Assembly: GCA_047285805.1 (NCBI GenBank)
Contig: JBJBCN010000002.1
Span: 1,120,001 to 1,184,000, forward strand
Length of the DNA: 64,000 nucleotides
Reading direction: 5' to 3'
Source of the DNA: Synechococcus sp.
Lineage (GTDB): Bacteria > Cyanobacteriota > Cyanobacteriia > PCC-6307 > Cyanobiaceae
Shown here: piece after piece, positions 51,463-64,000 of the stretch
Position numbering within the stretch: position 1 is the stretch's first letter
Layout of the letters: the number at the start of each line of letters is the position of its first letter
Translations under genes and position numbers: made by a program
Notes under the pieces: generated by a model
The model's database searches: none
The model's input: the letters and a program-made list of their open reading frames with translations, nothing else
Told to the model about the DNA's origin: nothing

Positions 51463-52592
51463 GACCGATGCGGCAGCGACTCCGTTCACTGCCACGCAGA
51501 CGCGGCCTTCTCGCCCCGATTCGCACACAGGTGGCCCAGCGGCCTTGGGTCGGTCCAATCCTGGCCCTTGCGGCCGTGGTCAATGCCGGTGCGGTCGGTT
51601 ACCGGCTGGTCGAGGGCTGGGACTGGGGCGATTGCTACTGGATGGTGCTGATCACCCTCAGCACGCTCGGCTTCAGCGATGAGCACACCCAGCTGATCCA
51701 CACGGGCGGCAGGATCGTGACCGCGCTGCTGCTGGTAGGCGGCCTCGTGGTGGTCCAGCAAACCCTCCAAAAACTGCTGGAATTGACGAACTCCGGCTAC
51801 TTTCGCCGCATCCGCCAGCGGCGCTACCGCCAACAGCTGCAGCGATCGATGAATAAGCACGTCATCCTCTGCGGCTACGGCCGGATGGGCCGCGAAATTG
51901 CAGAGCAACTCAACGGAGAGAACATCCAGCTGTTGGTGGTTGAAAACGACAGCGATCGCATCGAAGAGGCCCAACAGCGCGGCCTGACGGTGCTTCAGGG
52001 GGACGCGACCCTCGACGAAACCCTGGAGGAAGCTGGCATTCACCGCTGCCGGTCGCTGGTCGCCGCGCTGCCCAGCAATGCCGCAAATCTGTACGTGATC
52101 CTCAGTGCCAGGGGCTTGGCGCCGAGGGCACGTCTGATCGCCCGCTCCGACAGTGAAGAAGCGGAAGGGAAACTGCGCCTCGCCGGGGCCGACCAGGTGG
52201 TGAGTCCCTATGTAGCCGGCGGCCGGGCCATGGCCGCCACCGCCCTAAGGCCCCTGGCGGTGACCTTCATGGACCTATTGGCCGGAAGCGACTGCGAGGT
52301 GGACGAATTTCTGCTCAGCGAGCATCCCGAAGACCTCGGCGAGCTCAACGGCGCCAGCCTCTCGGAACTGCAATTGGGCCGTCGCAGTGGGTCCCTGGTA
52401 CTCGCGATCCGCAACCCCGCCGCCAGCGAACTGAGCACAGGTGCCCCAGAACCACTGATCGCCAACCCCGGCGGCGATGTCCGTCTCGGCCCCGGCCAAT
52501 TGCTGGTGGTGATGGGCAGCAAGCGCCAATTGCAGCGCTTTGGTGAACTCCTCGGTCCGGCCCTGGCCGAGGTCAAAAACATGCCCGCCTAG
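51459..52592 (+). CDS. Potassium channel with TrkA-N/C domains
   Basis: TLSTLGF pore, [23 protein letters not shown]. Confidence 0.9.
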   Translation: MRPMRQRLRSLPRRRGLLAPIRTQVAQRPWVGPILALAAVVNAGAVGYRLVEGWDWGDCYWMVLITLSTLGFSDEHTQLIHTGGRIVTALLLVGGLVVVQQTLQKLLELTNSGYFRRIRQRRYRQQLQRSMNKHVILCGYGRMGREIAEQLNGENIQLLVVENDSDRIEEAQQRGLTVLQGDATLDETLEEAGIHRCRSLVAALPSNAANLYVILSARGLAPRARLIARSDSEEAEGKLRLAGADQVVSPYVAGGRAMAATALRPLAVTFMDLLAGSDCEVDEFLLSEHPEDLGELNGASLSELQLGRRSGSLVLAIRNPAASELSTGAPEPLIANPGGDVRLGPGQLLVVMGSKRQLQRFGELLGPALAEVKNMPA

Positions 52593-52618
52593 CCTGGATC
52601 GACTTTTCTGCGTTCTCC

Positions 52619-53371
52619 ATGGCGGACAGCACCCCCCTTGCCGGTCAGGTTGCGCTGGTCACCGGAGCCAGCCGGGGCATCGGGGCTTCAATTGCCCGCG
52701 AGCTCGCACAAGCCGGGGCGAAGGTGGTCGTGAACTACGCCAGCTCCCCCGCTGCCGCGGACGCTGTGGTTGCTGAGATTCAGGCCGCCGGTGGCCAGGC
52801 CTGGGCCCACCAGGCCAACGTGGCGGACGAAGAGCAGGGGGAGGCCATGGTGAAGGCCGTCCTCGAGAAGGAAGGGCGCCTGGACGTGCTGGTCAATAAC
52901 GCGGGCATCACCCGTGATGGCCTGCTGATGCGCATGAAGAGCGCCGATTGGCAGAGCGTGATCGACCTGAACCTCAGCGGCGTCTTCCTCTGCACCCGGG
53001 CCGTGAGCCGGGCCATGTTGAAGGCCCGCAGCGGTCGCATCATCAACATCACCTCGGTGGTGGGCCTGATGGGCAACCCCGGCCAGGCCAACTACAGCGC
53101 CGCCAAAGCCGGCGTGATCGGCCTAACTCGCAGCAGCGCAGCCGAATTCGCCAGCCGTGGCGTGACTGTGAATGCGGTGGCACCGGGCTTTATAGAGAGC
53201 GACATGACCGCGGAACTCGACAAGGAGCCGATCCTCAAGGCCATTCCCCTGGGCCGGATGGGCCAACCCACCGAAGTCGCCAGCGCCGTCCGCTTCTTGG
53301 CGGCCGACCCCGCCGCGGCATACATGACCGGCCAGGTATTGCAGGTGGATGGCGGAATGGTGATGCGCTAA
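52619..53371 (+). CDS. fabG: 3-oxoacyl-ACP reductase
   Basis: [26 protein letters not shown]. Confidence 0.96.
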   Translation: MADSTPLAGQVALVTGASRGIGASIARELAQAGAKVVVNYASSPAAADAVVAEIQAAGGQAWAHQANVADEEQGEAMVKAVLEKEGRLDVLVNNAGITRDGLLMRMKSADWQSVIDLNLSGVFLCTRAVSRAMLKARSGRIINITSVVGLMGNPGQANYSAAKAGVIGLTRSSAAEFASRGVTVNAVAPGFIESDMTAELDKEPILKAIPLGRMGQPTEVASAVRFLAADPAAAYMTGQVLQVDGGMVMR

Positions 53372-53374
53372 GCC

Positions 53375-53623
53375 TTAACCCTCGACCGGTTGGGTGAGCT
53401 CTTCCCGCAGCCGCCGAATGCGCTGCAAGAGGCGCAACCGGCGGCTGCGCGCCGTCGCCGTGAGAAAGATGCGCAAGGGGACGTAGATCAGGGCCATCCC
53501 GAGGCCTAAACCGGCCACGATCAGGAAGGCCATCACATTGCTGCCGGCACTTGGATCGGCCAAAGCATCGCTCAATGGCCCATTGAGGCCGTCGGCCAAG
53601 GCTTCGCTGACGCTGTCCTCCAT
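53375..53623 (-). CDS. Small membrane protein
   Basis: Single TM followed by an Arg-rich helix. Confidence 0.6.
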   Translation of the reverse strand: MEDSVSEALADGLNGPLSDALADPSAGSNVMAFLIVAGLGLGMALIYVPLRIFLTATARSRRLRLLQRIRRLREELTQPVEG

Positions 53624-53625
53624 GA

Positions 53626-55458
<1,833 letters not shown>

Positions 55459-55465
55459 TCCCGGA

Positions 55466-55657
55466 CTACATCGTCCGAATCAAGCGGGCGTAAATCCGGT
55501 AGATAGCGAGGGCTTCCCTGGGCGGATTGCTGCACAGGAGGCCCAGCTCCCTTTTCAACGCTTCAAGTTCAGCAAAGGGGAGCCCAGCCATGGGCATAGC
55601 CATGAGGGTCACTCCCAACGCCACAGAAAACAACGGCAGCGCGCGCTGGGAGCTCAT
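55466..55657 (-). CDS. Small exported hypothetical protein
   Basis: Signal-like N-terminus, then LCSNPP. Confidence 0.45.
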   Translation of the reverse strand: MSSQRALPLFSVALGVTLMAMPMAGLPFAELEALKRELGLLCSNPPREALAIYRIYARLIRTM

Positions 55658-55739
55658 CAACCCTGCTCCCAAACGAGACAAACTTGGTTTGCTCCCGGCT
55701 TGTGGCAAAGGCCCCCTCCTTCAGAAACCTTTTTGACGC

Positions 55740-56429
55740 CTAGGCCCCGAGGGCCCGCTGGTACGCCGCTACCTGCAAATCCACCCCGGTGATGGCGGTG
55801 CCCACGACGACAGCATCGGCACCGCCATCGAGAGCCTGACGAGCCTGCTGAGGCGACGCGATCCCCCCCTCACAAATCAGCAGCACTTCGGCGGGCAGCT
55901 GCTCCCGAAGAGGTACCAAAACAGGCCAAGCCGGGGGCGGAAGCGACGCGGTGGCCTCGGTGTAGCCATACAGAGTTGTACCCACCCAATCGCAACCCAG
56001 TTGAGCGGCGCGTAGGCCGTTCTCCAGGCTGTCGACATCCGCCATCAAGCACGCACCAAGCTCCTGCTTGGCACGCTGCAGCAACGCAGGCAACTGGGCT
56101 CCATCGGGGCGACCCCGTTCTGTCGCATCGAGGGCAATCACATCGGCCCCAGCAGCCCAGACCGCCTGGATCTCCTTCCAGCCTGGGGTGATATAGACGG
56201 AACTATCTGGGAAAGTGCGCTTCCACAGCCCAATGATCAAGGCTTCGGGGCAACGACGACGCACGGCTCCGATGTGCTCGGGGCTCTCCAAGCGAACCCC
56301 AACCGAGCCGTTGTTCAGGGACGCTTCCGCCATGGCTGCGATCACCTGGGGATCGCGCATCGGCGACCCCTCCGGAGCTTGAACCGAAACGATCAGTCCT
56401 CCCCGGAGCCTGGATGGATCAGGTAGCAC
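55740..56429 (-). CDS. nanE: N-acetylmannosamine-6-phosphate 2-epimerase
   Basis: LIVSVQA, IIGLWK, VYITP, MAD, GTTLYGYT, EGG, VVVGTAIT. Confidence 0.93.
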   Translation of the reverse strand: MLPDPSRLRGGLIVSVQAPEGSPMRDPQVIAAMAEASLNNGSVGVRLESPEHIGAVRRRCPEALIIGLWKRTFPDSSVYITPGWKEIQAVWAAGADVIALDATERGRPDGAQLPALLQRAKQELGACLMADVDSLENGLRAAQLGCDWVGTTLYGYTEATASLPPPAWPVLVPLREQLPAEVLLICEGGIASPQQARQALDGGADAVVVGTAITGVDLQVAAYQRALGA

Positions 56430-56976
56430 AGGACTCTCCGGCACTCGGCAGCCAAGAGCGCAACTCAGCGAGGGCGGGATGACTCGGAGCAGGGGCAGGC
56501 CGCGAAGCGACGGGACGCGGGCGGATGGAGTGCTGGGCAATAGGGAGAGGCGCGGGCGCAGCAACCGGTTCCGGTTCGCTTGCTGCCACTGCTGGGGCTG
56601 GGGCTGGGGCTGGGGCTGCGGCAACGCTGGGCTCAGGCTCTGGAACCGCTTCGGGCGTGGGCTCCGAAGCGATCTCCTCTTGAGCGGGCTCGCTCTTAAC
56701 GACGACAGGCTCAGCGATGACGAGAGGCTCGGGGACTGAATGCATGTCTTCGAGCTCTGGCGCTCCCAAACGCCACCAACCCAGCCCCTCGGGATCGTCA
56801 CGCTCCAGCTCTTCAAACAACGGCTCCAGCCCGTCGACACCGTGGCGATGGGCCCATTGCCCAAGCAACCCATCAACCCCAGCTCGATCACGCTCGGACA
56901 GGGCTTGCCTCAGGGAGAGGACATGGGCCTGGCGGCGGGCTTGCGGAGAAGGAGGTCTGGAAGGGCGCTGGGCCAC
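56419..56976 (-). CDS. Pro/Ala/Glu-rich hypothetical protein
   Basis: QWAHRHG N-terminal domain, PA repeats, LRSWLP; in operon order. Confidence 0.75.
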   Translation of the reverse strand: MAQRPSRPPSPQARRQAHVLSLRQALSERDRAGVDGLLGQWAHRHGVDGLEPLFEELERDDPEGLGWWRLGAPELEDMHSVPEPLVIAEPVVVKSEPAQEEIASEPTPEAVPEPEPSVAAAPAPAPAPAVAASEPEPVAAPAPLPIAQHSIRPRPVASRPAPAPSHPALAELRSWLPSAGESCAT

Positions 56977-56994
56977 GATCGCATCCGGAAAAGA

Positions 56995-57861
56995 TCAGGC
57001 GAGCTTGCGATCCAGCAGAGGGCGGATCAACAGGAACAAACCCACCGCCAGGGCAGCCAGGACTCCCAAACAGGCGGCGGCCGTCAAATCCCCATAGGGG
57101 GCATGCAAGACCACGGCAGAAAGGGAGAAGTGACCGGCGTAGGCGGCTCGAATCGGCTCAATCGCGAAGGTAAGGGGATTTACGGCCGCTAGCCAGCCCA
57201 ACCAGGCCGGCATAAAGGAAATCGGGGCAAGCGCCGTACTGGCAAAAAGCAGGGGCAAGTTGGCCACAAAGATCACGGCAATCAGCTCGATGTGCCCCGG
57301 CAGCGCAAAGGCCAAGCCCAAACTCATGCCCGTGACGGCAAAGACCAGCAAGAGCAAGGTCAGCAGCACCAAAACCAACCCACCGCCGCCGGGCCAGCCA
57401 TAGCCAAGCACCCAGGCCGTGGCCATGATCGCGACGCTCTGAACCAGGCTGAGCACGGTGATGTAGAGCACCGACGCCAAGACAATCGAACTGCGTGAAC
57501 GCAAGGGTGCCACCAGCAGGCGATTGAGGAAGCCGAACTCGCGATCGAACATCACCGGCAAGCCTGCATTGAGGGCCGCACTGAAAGCGGTGAAGACGAT
57601 CACACCTGCCCCAAGAAAGCGTCCATAGCTCATGCCCTCGGGAAGAAGACCTTCTGGGGCATTAGCGAAGAGGGCCCCAAAGAGGACCAACCAAATGAGG
57701 GGTTGCAGGACCCCGGCCACCAACGTCGAGGGACGACGGGCCAGTTGAAGAAACAGGCGGCGGGTGAGGGCCAGGGTTTCCTGGGTCAGATCAGCCAGCG
57801 CCGAGCGTTGCGCGTTGGCGCTTAAGGCTGGACTAAGCAAAGAGGAGGAAGCGCTGGTCAT
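56995..57861 (-). CDS. ABC-2 type transporter permease
   Basis: QPLIWL.LFG, DREFGFL..LLVAP, NPLTFAIE. Confidence 0.92.
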   Translation of the reverse strand: MTSASSSLLSPALSANAQRSALADLTQETLALTRRLFLQLARRPSTLVAGVLQPLIWLVLFGALFANAPEGLLPEGMSYGRFLGAGVIVFTAFSAALNAGLPVMFDREFGFLNRLLVAPLRSRSSIVLASVLYITVLSLVQSVAIMATAWVLGYGWPGGGGLVLVLLTLLLLVFAVTGMSLGLAFALPGHIELIAVIFVANLPLLFASTALAPISFMPAWLGWLAAVNPLTFAIEPIRAAYAGHFSLSAVVLHAPYGDLTAAACLGVLAALAVGLFLLIRPLLDRKLA

Positions 57862-57912
57862 GTCAGAAAGCAGAAAAGTCCATCCCGGGGAAATCTCGAA
57901 CCGAAGCAGGGG

Positions 57913-58944
57913 TCAACGCATCGACTGCTTGCGCTCCGCCTTGGCATCACGGACACCAGCCACTGCCAATTCGGCATCCATCAAGGTGCGGCCCGTGGCC
58001 TGCAGGTAGACGTCATCCAAGCTGGGGCGGCTCTGCGCCAAGGCGAAGACAGGCAGTTGGGCCTCGGCCAACTGACGCCGCAGTTGCTCCACAACACCGT
58101 CGTTTTCGACCACCAGGTTCAACGAGAAGCCTTGGGCCCGGTTCACGACCACCTGGCGCACCCCTGGGCACGCCTGCAGCAGCTGTTGCACCCGCAGGGC
58201 CTCGGGCTCATCGCTGAATTCCCGAACTCGCAGGGTGACACGGTCACCTCCGAGGGCGGCTTTGAGCTCAGACGGAGGGCCCGAGGCGATGACTCGGCCG
58301 CCCTCGATGATCGCCAGCTGATCCGCCAGGGCATCAACCTCCTCGAGGTAGTGGCTGCTGAGCAGCACCGTGGTCCCTTGATCCCGCAGTTGACGCAGAA
58401 CCGTCCAGATGGCGGCCCGACTCTCGATATCCAGACCAACGGTGGGTTCATCCAGCACCAGAACATCTGGCCGGTGCAGCAGTCCCGAGGCCAAATCCAA
58501 ACGGCGACGCATCCCACCGGAATAGGTGCCGCTCCGGCGATCGATCCAATCGGCCATGCCCAAAATGGCAATCAGCTCGGCGATGCGCTGATCGCGCGCT
58601 GATCGTGGAAGGTGATACAGGTCCGCCTGCAACTGCAGCAGCTCACGGCCGCTAAGGATTTTGTCTAAGGCGACTTCCTGGGCCACGTAGCCCAAGCGCT
58701 CGCGGACGCCCCTGGGGTCGGTCAGGGCATCCAGCCCAGCCACCTGAACCCGGCCTCTGGATGGTGCCAACAACGTGGCCAGGATGCGCAGGGTGGTGGT
58801 TTTGCCCGCCCCATTAGGGCCGAGCAAACCAAACAGGCTGCCCGCGGGGACCTGCAGATTCAGACCATTGAGGGCATCAACGGCTTTCTCGCCTTTGCCA
58901 TAGCGCTTGGAGACGTTCTCCAGATCAATCACTGGATGAGTCAC
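57913..58944 (-). CDS. ABC transporter ATP-binding protein (DrrA-like)
   Basis: GPNGAGKTT, YSGGMRRR, LDEPT, SH. Confidence 0.94.
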   Translation of the reverse strand: MTHPVIDLENVSKRYGKGEKAVDALNGLNLQVPAGSLFGLLGPNGAGKTTTLRILATLLAPSRGRVQVAGLDALTDPRGVRERLGYVAQEVALDKILSGRELLQLQADLYHLPRSARDQRIAELIAILGMADWIDRRSGTYSGGMRRRLDLASGLLHRPDVLVLDEPTVGLDIESRAAIWTVLRQLRDQGTTVLLSSHYLEEVDALADQLAIIEGGRVIASGPPSELKAALGGDRVTLRVREFSDEPEALRVQQLLQACPGVRQVVVNRAQGFSLNLVVENDGVVEQLRRQLAEAQLPVFALAQSRPSLDDVYLQATGRTLMDAELAVAGVRDAKAERKQSMR

Positions 58945-58981
58945 CGCCGCCGACCTCGCTGGAGCACTAGGAGTCTCGAAT

Positions 58982-59998
58982 CTAGAAAGCTCTGCTGACC
59001 AGCGATGCGACCAGGGTGAAACCTCCGTTGCCGGACCCACTCCACCCGAGCAGGGCGAAGCCCTGCTCCGAGAACTGCTCACCAGCCGGCATGCGTGCCA
59101 TCAACAGCAGAAGACAGACACCGAAGAGATAGAAGATCGACCAGCGAAAGAGCCCCTTGGCCCGCTGAAGATCATCTGGGTCTTGCTGCAAATTCCAGGT
59201 CATCTGCAGAAGCCGAGCGTTAAAGGGCAGCAGCAAGAGCCCATAGAGCAAACCACCGCCGGGCAAGGCCCAGACCCCCACCAGACTGAGCACCACGGTG
59301 GCCAGGGCATACCAGCGAATGGCCTCAGCCGTGGCACCACTGCCCTTCACCACTGGAAGCATCGGAATGCCCACGTTGCGGTAGTCCTCCTCGAGCAACA
59401 AGGCCAAGGCCCAGAAATGGGCGGGTGTCCAGAGCATCACCAAGGCAAACAACCACCAACTGCCCAGGCCAAGGTGACCTGTTGCGGCGGCGGCGCCCAC
59501 CAGCGGAGGAATGGCACCAGCCACACCACCTATGACGATGTTTTGGGTGGTGCGGGGCTTGAGCAGCACCGTGTAGAGGAGCACATAGCTGCAGAGGCCC
59601 AGCAGCGACAAGCTCGCGGCCAAACAATTCACACCCCCCACCAAGAGGGTGGCAGCTGTCAAGGTCAGGGTGACGGCAATGGCGAAGGCCGTCGTGATGG
59701 AGAGGCGACCGGAGGGGAGGGCACGACCACTGGTCCGCTGCATGCGGCCATCGAGCTCCTGCTCCCAAAGACAGTTCAAAATGCCGGCCGCTGCCGCCGC
59801 CAAGGCTCCGCCTCCCAAGGTGCATGCCAAGCGCAAGGGAGGCAGCGGCCAGCCCTCTGACAGCGCCATCCCACCAAGGGTGGTGGCCAACAGCAGGGGA
59901 ATCAACCGCGGCTTGGCGATCTCCAACCAGGGGGGCAACTTGACCCGCTTCCGGGAGGGGACAACCTCCTCTCGCGTCAAGGTCAGGGAATTAGCCAC
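58982..59998 (-). CDS. ctaB: Heme o synthase
   Basis: [35 protein letters not shown]. Confidence 0.96.
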   Translation of the reverse strand: MANSLTLTREEVVPSRKRVKLPPWLEIAKPRLIPLLLATTLGGMALSEGWPLPPLRLACTLGGGALAAAAAGILNCLWEQELDGRMQRTSGRALPSGRLSITTAFAIAVTLTLTAATLLVGGVNCLAASLSLLGLCSYVLLYTVLLKPRTTQNIVIGGVAGAIPPLVGAAAATGHLGLGSWWLFALVMLWTPAHFWALALLLEEDYRNVGIPMLPVVKGSGATAEAIRWYALATVVLSLVGVWALPGGGLLYGLLLLPFNARLLQMTWNLQQDPDDLQRAKGLFRWSIFYLFGVCLLLLMARMPAGEQFSEQGFALLGWSGSGNGGFTLVASLVSRAF

Positions 59999-60872
59999 GA
60001 AGCACCTCCGGCCAACTACGAACGGTCAAGGCCGCCAACACGGCCACCAGAAGGGCGGCCCCGAGCTGGTGGGCCACCGTCACCACAGGAACGGACAGGC
60101 TGAACCGCAAACTCATTACGCCCAGGGCGATCTGAAGCAACACCAACAGTGCTGCAGCCAGGGCCAAGGGGCGATCACTGGGACGTTTCAAGAGCAGAAG
60201 CCCGGAACCGAGCAGCACCAGAACCCCCACCGGCCGCGCACCAATGCGATGAAAGAGAAGCGAGGAGCAGCCCTCACCTGCGCTCAAGCAACGCCCCGCT
60301 GCCCACTGACTGGCCATCAAGCCGCCGAGGAGGCATTGCACCAAGACAGCCAGGGCCAGAGCCGCGGCCAAACCAGCCCAAAAGGGAGAACGGCTCGAAG
60401 CCGGGGCGAGCGAGCCGATCCTCAGTAATTCACTCAGACCACTGAGGAGAGCCACCAGCACCAGGGCGGTGAGCAGGTGAGCCGTCACCAGAGGGAAGGG
60501 CAACAACATGGTCACCGTTAAGGCCCCCAAGCCGGCTTGAACGGCCACCAAGACCAGACTGAGGCTGGACAAGAGCGGAAAGCCCTGGGGCAACTCGCGC
60601 CGCCAACACCAGCTCGCCGCGGTGAGCACCAGTAGACCGACACCAACGACGAAGGCATCGAGGCGGTGGAACCATTCCAGGAAGACCTGGAGGTTCATCT
60701 GACGACCCGGCAAGAGGGAGCCGTAGCAAAGGGGCCAGTCGGGGCAAGCCAGACCTGCCTCCATCACTCGCGTCGCGCCGCCAATCACCGCTAGCGCAAT
60801 CAAGGCCACCAAAAGATGGGCGCAGAGTTTGGCTAAACGGTCTCGTTTCCTGGGCTGTGTGGCGCCGAACAT
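59991..60872 (-). CDS. ctaA: Heme A synthase (COX15/CtaA)
   Basis: [15 protein letters not shown], conserved TM His residues. Confidence 0.94.
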   Translation of the reverse strand: MFGATQPRKRDRLAKLCAHLLVALIALAVIGGATRVMEAGLACPDWPLCYGSLLPGRQMNLQVFLEWFHRLDAFVVGVGLLVLTAASWCWRRELPQGFPLLSSLSLVLVAVQAGLGALTVTMLLPFPLVTAHLLTALVLVALLSGLSELLRIGSLAPASSRSPFWAGLAAALALAVLVQCLLGGLMASQWAAGRCLSAGEGCSSLLFHRIGARPVGVLVLLGSGLLLLKRPSDRPLALAAALLVLLQIALGVMSLRFSLSVPVVTVAHQLGAALLVAVLAALTVRSWPEVLRG

Positions 60873-61078
60873 CTCAGCGGGAGAGGGACGGTTGGCGTAA
60901 ACCTAGTGACGTCTCCTCGGCTTCGCTGACCAGCGCAGCAAGCAGTCCCAAAGCGACACCGATAGTGATTAATCCGTGAGCATTCCCTCACCGATGAGCG
61001 GCGGATTACTGCAAAGAACCACGAACGACACCTCAATCGAAAACCCTCCATAGGCTGATTGGGATCGATTCCAGGACT

Positions 61079-61914
61079 ATGCGGATTCCAGCCGCAATCC
61101 TCACCCTGATCACCGGCATGGCCCTTGTTTTGCTGGGCCTATGGATCGGGCAGAACGTCAACCTCCTCCCGGTGGATGCCAGCGCGAATGCGCCGGTCTA
61201 CGACGAACTCTTCAAGGTTCTCTTCAGCATTGGGACCATCCTTTTTGTTGGGATTTTTGGGCTGATCGTCTACAGCCTGGTGAAATTTCGCCGCAAACCT
61301 GGTGATCCGGGTGAAGGTGAAGCCGTCGAGGGAAACCTTCCCCTCGAGATCCTCTGGACCGCAATCCCCGCGGTGGTCGTACTGTTCGTCGGCATCTACA
61401 GCTACGACATCTACGACCGAATGGGCGGCATGGCCCCGCTCAACGACCACAGCTTGCACTCCATGGGCGGAGAAATGGAGGAGTCCCGCACCTGGGGCGG
61501 CATCAGTCCGCTGAGCCTTGATAGTGATGGCGCAGCTACTCCACTGCCGATCGATGTGACGGCGATGCAGTTCGCCTTCATCTTTCACTACCCCGACTCG
61601 GAGATCACCAGCGGTGAGCTCCATGTGCCCATGGGGCAGCCGGTGGCCCTTCACATGAAGGCCAATGACGTGATCCATGCCTTTTGGGTGCCGGAATTCC
61701 GCCTCAAGCAGGACGTCATCCCCGGTCAACCCACCCTGTTGAGCTTTACCGCGACCCGCCCGGGCCGCTATCCGATCGTCTGCGCGGAGCTCTGCGGTCC
61801 GTACCACGGCGGCATGCGCTCAACGGTGATCGTCGACGAACCCGAGACGTTCGAAGCCTGGGTGAACCAAAACAGTCCGATTGCGAACGCCGCTCCCCAG
61901 CCCCCGGTTCAGTC

Positions 61915-61918
<4 letters not shown>
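61079..61918 (+). CDS. ctaC: Cytochrome c oxidase subunit II
   Basis: LEILWT, DVIHAFWVP, CAELCGPYHGGM CuA motif. Confidence 0.97.
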
Positions 61919-63591
<1,673 letters not shown>

Positions 63592-63596
63592 ACACC

Positions 63597-64000
63597 ATGA
63601 CCAGCCTGAGTCCCAGCGAGTCCCTGAGCAAACACGAAGGCAGCAAAGCGCAAGAGCACCACGGCGACTTCCGGATGTTCGGCCTCGCCTGTTTTCTGGT
63701 CGCCGATGGCATGACCTTCGCAGGATTCTTCGCGGCGTATCTGACCTTCCGCGCCGTCAATCCGTTGCCATCCGGGGCTACCTACGAATTGGAGATGGTG
63801 CTGCCCACTATCAACACCCTGCTGCTGCTGATCAGCAGCTTCACCTTCCATCGCGCTGGTGCGGCGATGAAGCGCAACCAACGGGCCCTGGGCCAGCGCT
63901 GGTTACTGATCAGTGCCGCGCTTGGCTTCGCGTTTCTGGCCGGTCAAATGAAGGAGTACTTCGAGCTCCCCTTTGGCCTCACCGACAACCTCTTTGCAAG
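63597..64000 (+). CDS. ctaE: Cytochrome c oxidase subunit III (runs off the window end)
   Basis: FG...FLVAD.MTF.GFF, NT.LLL.SS.T, FL.GQ..EY. Confidence 0.93.
   Translation, partial: MTSLSPSESLSKHEGSKAQEHHGDFRMFGLACFLVADGMTFAGFFAAYLTFRAVNPLPSGATYELEMVLPTINTLLLLISSFTFHRAGAAMKRNQRALGQRWLLISAALGFAFLAGQMKEYFELPFGLTDNLFA

Overview
Window from a GC-rich picocyanobacterium (Synechococcus/Cyanobium-type gene content and order). Both flanks are ordinary core genome: sufE, hom, dppAB, an MFS transporter and arfB on the left; ychF, wecB, hli, tsaD, psaFJ, gmk, rqcH, tatC, petCA, lgt, cobM, tRNA-Val, ppx, ubiA, ispD, fabG, groEL, nanE and ctaBA-ctaCDE on the right. Between about 10929 and 33302 lies a visibly more AT-rich island of about 22 kb. 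It is built at the 3' end of ychF and punctuated by repeated copies of the last 24 bp of ychF (att-like sites), and I see no integrase in it. Its main cargo is six paralogs (3 intact, 3 broken) of a small inverse-autotransporter-like beta-barrel gene. All six keep a conserved NRDV(R/P)VHD linker followed by a tiny 12-31 aa, usually Cys-paired C-terminal peptide. The peptides are unrelated to each other except in the tandem pair. This looks like a polymorphic surface-peptide display system with silent copies. The island also holds a roughly 430-nt candidate structured RNA with a duplicated internal domain, an NblA-like gene, an FkbM/2OG-oxygenase fusion, an SGNH hydrolase and several scars (tRNA-Pro half, mpg fragment). 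All calls come from reading the sequence and recognising motifs; no searches were run.
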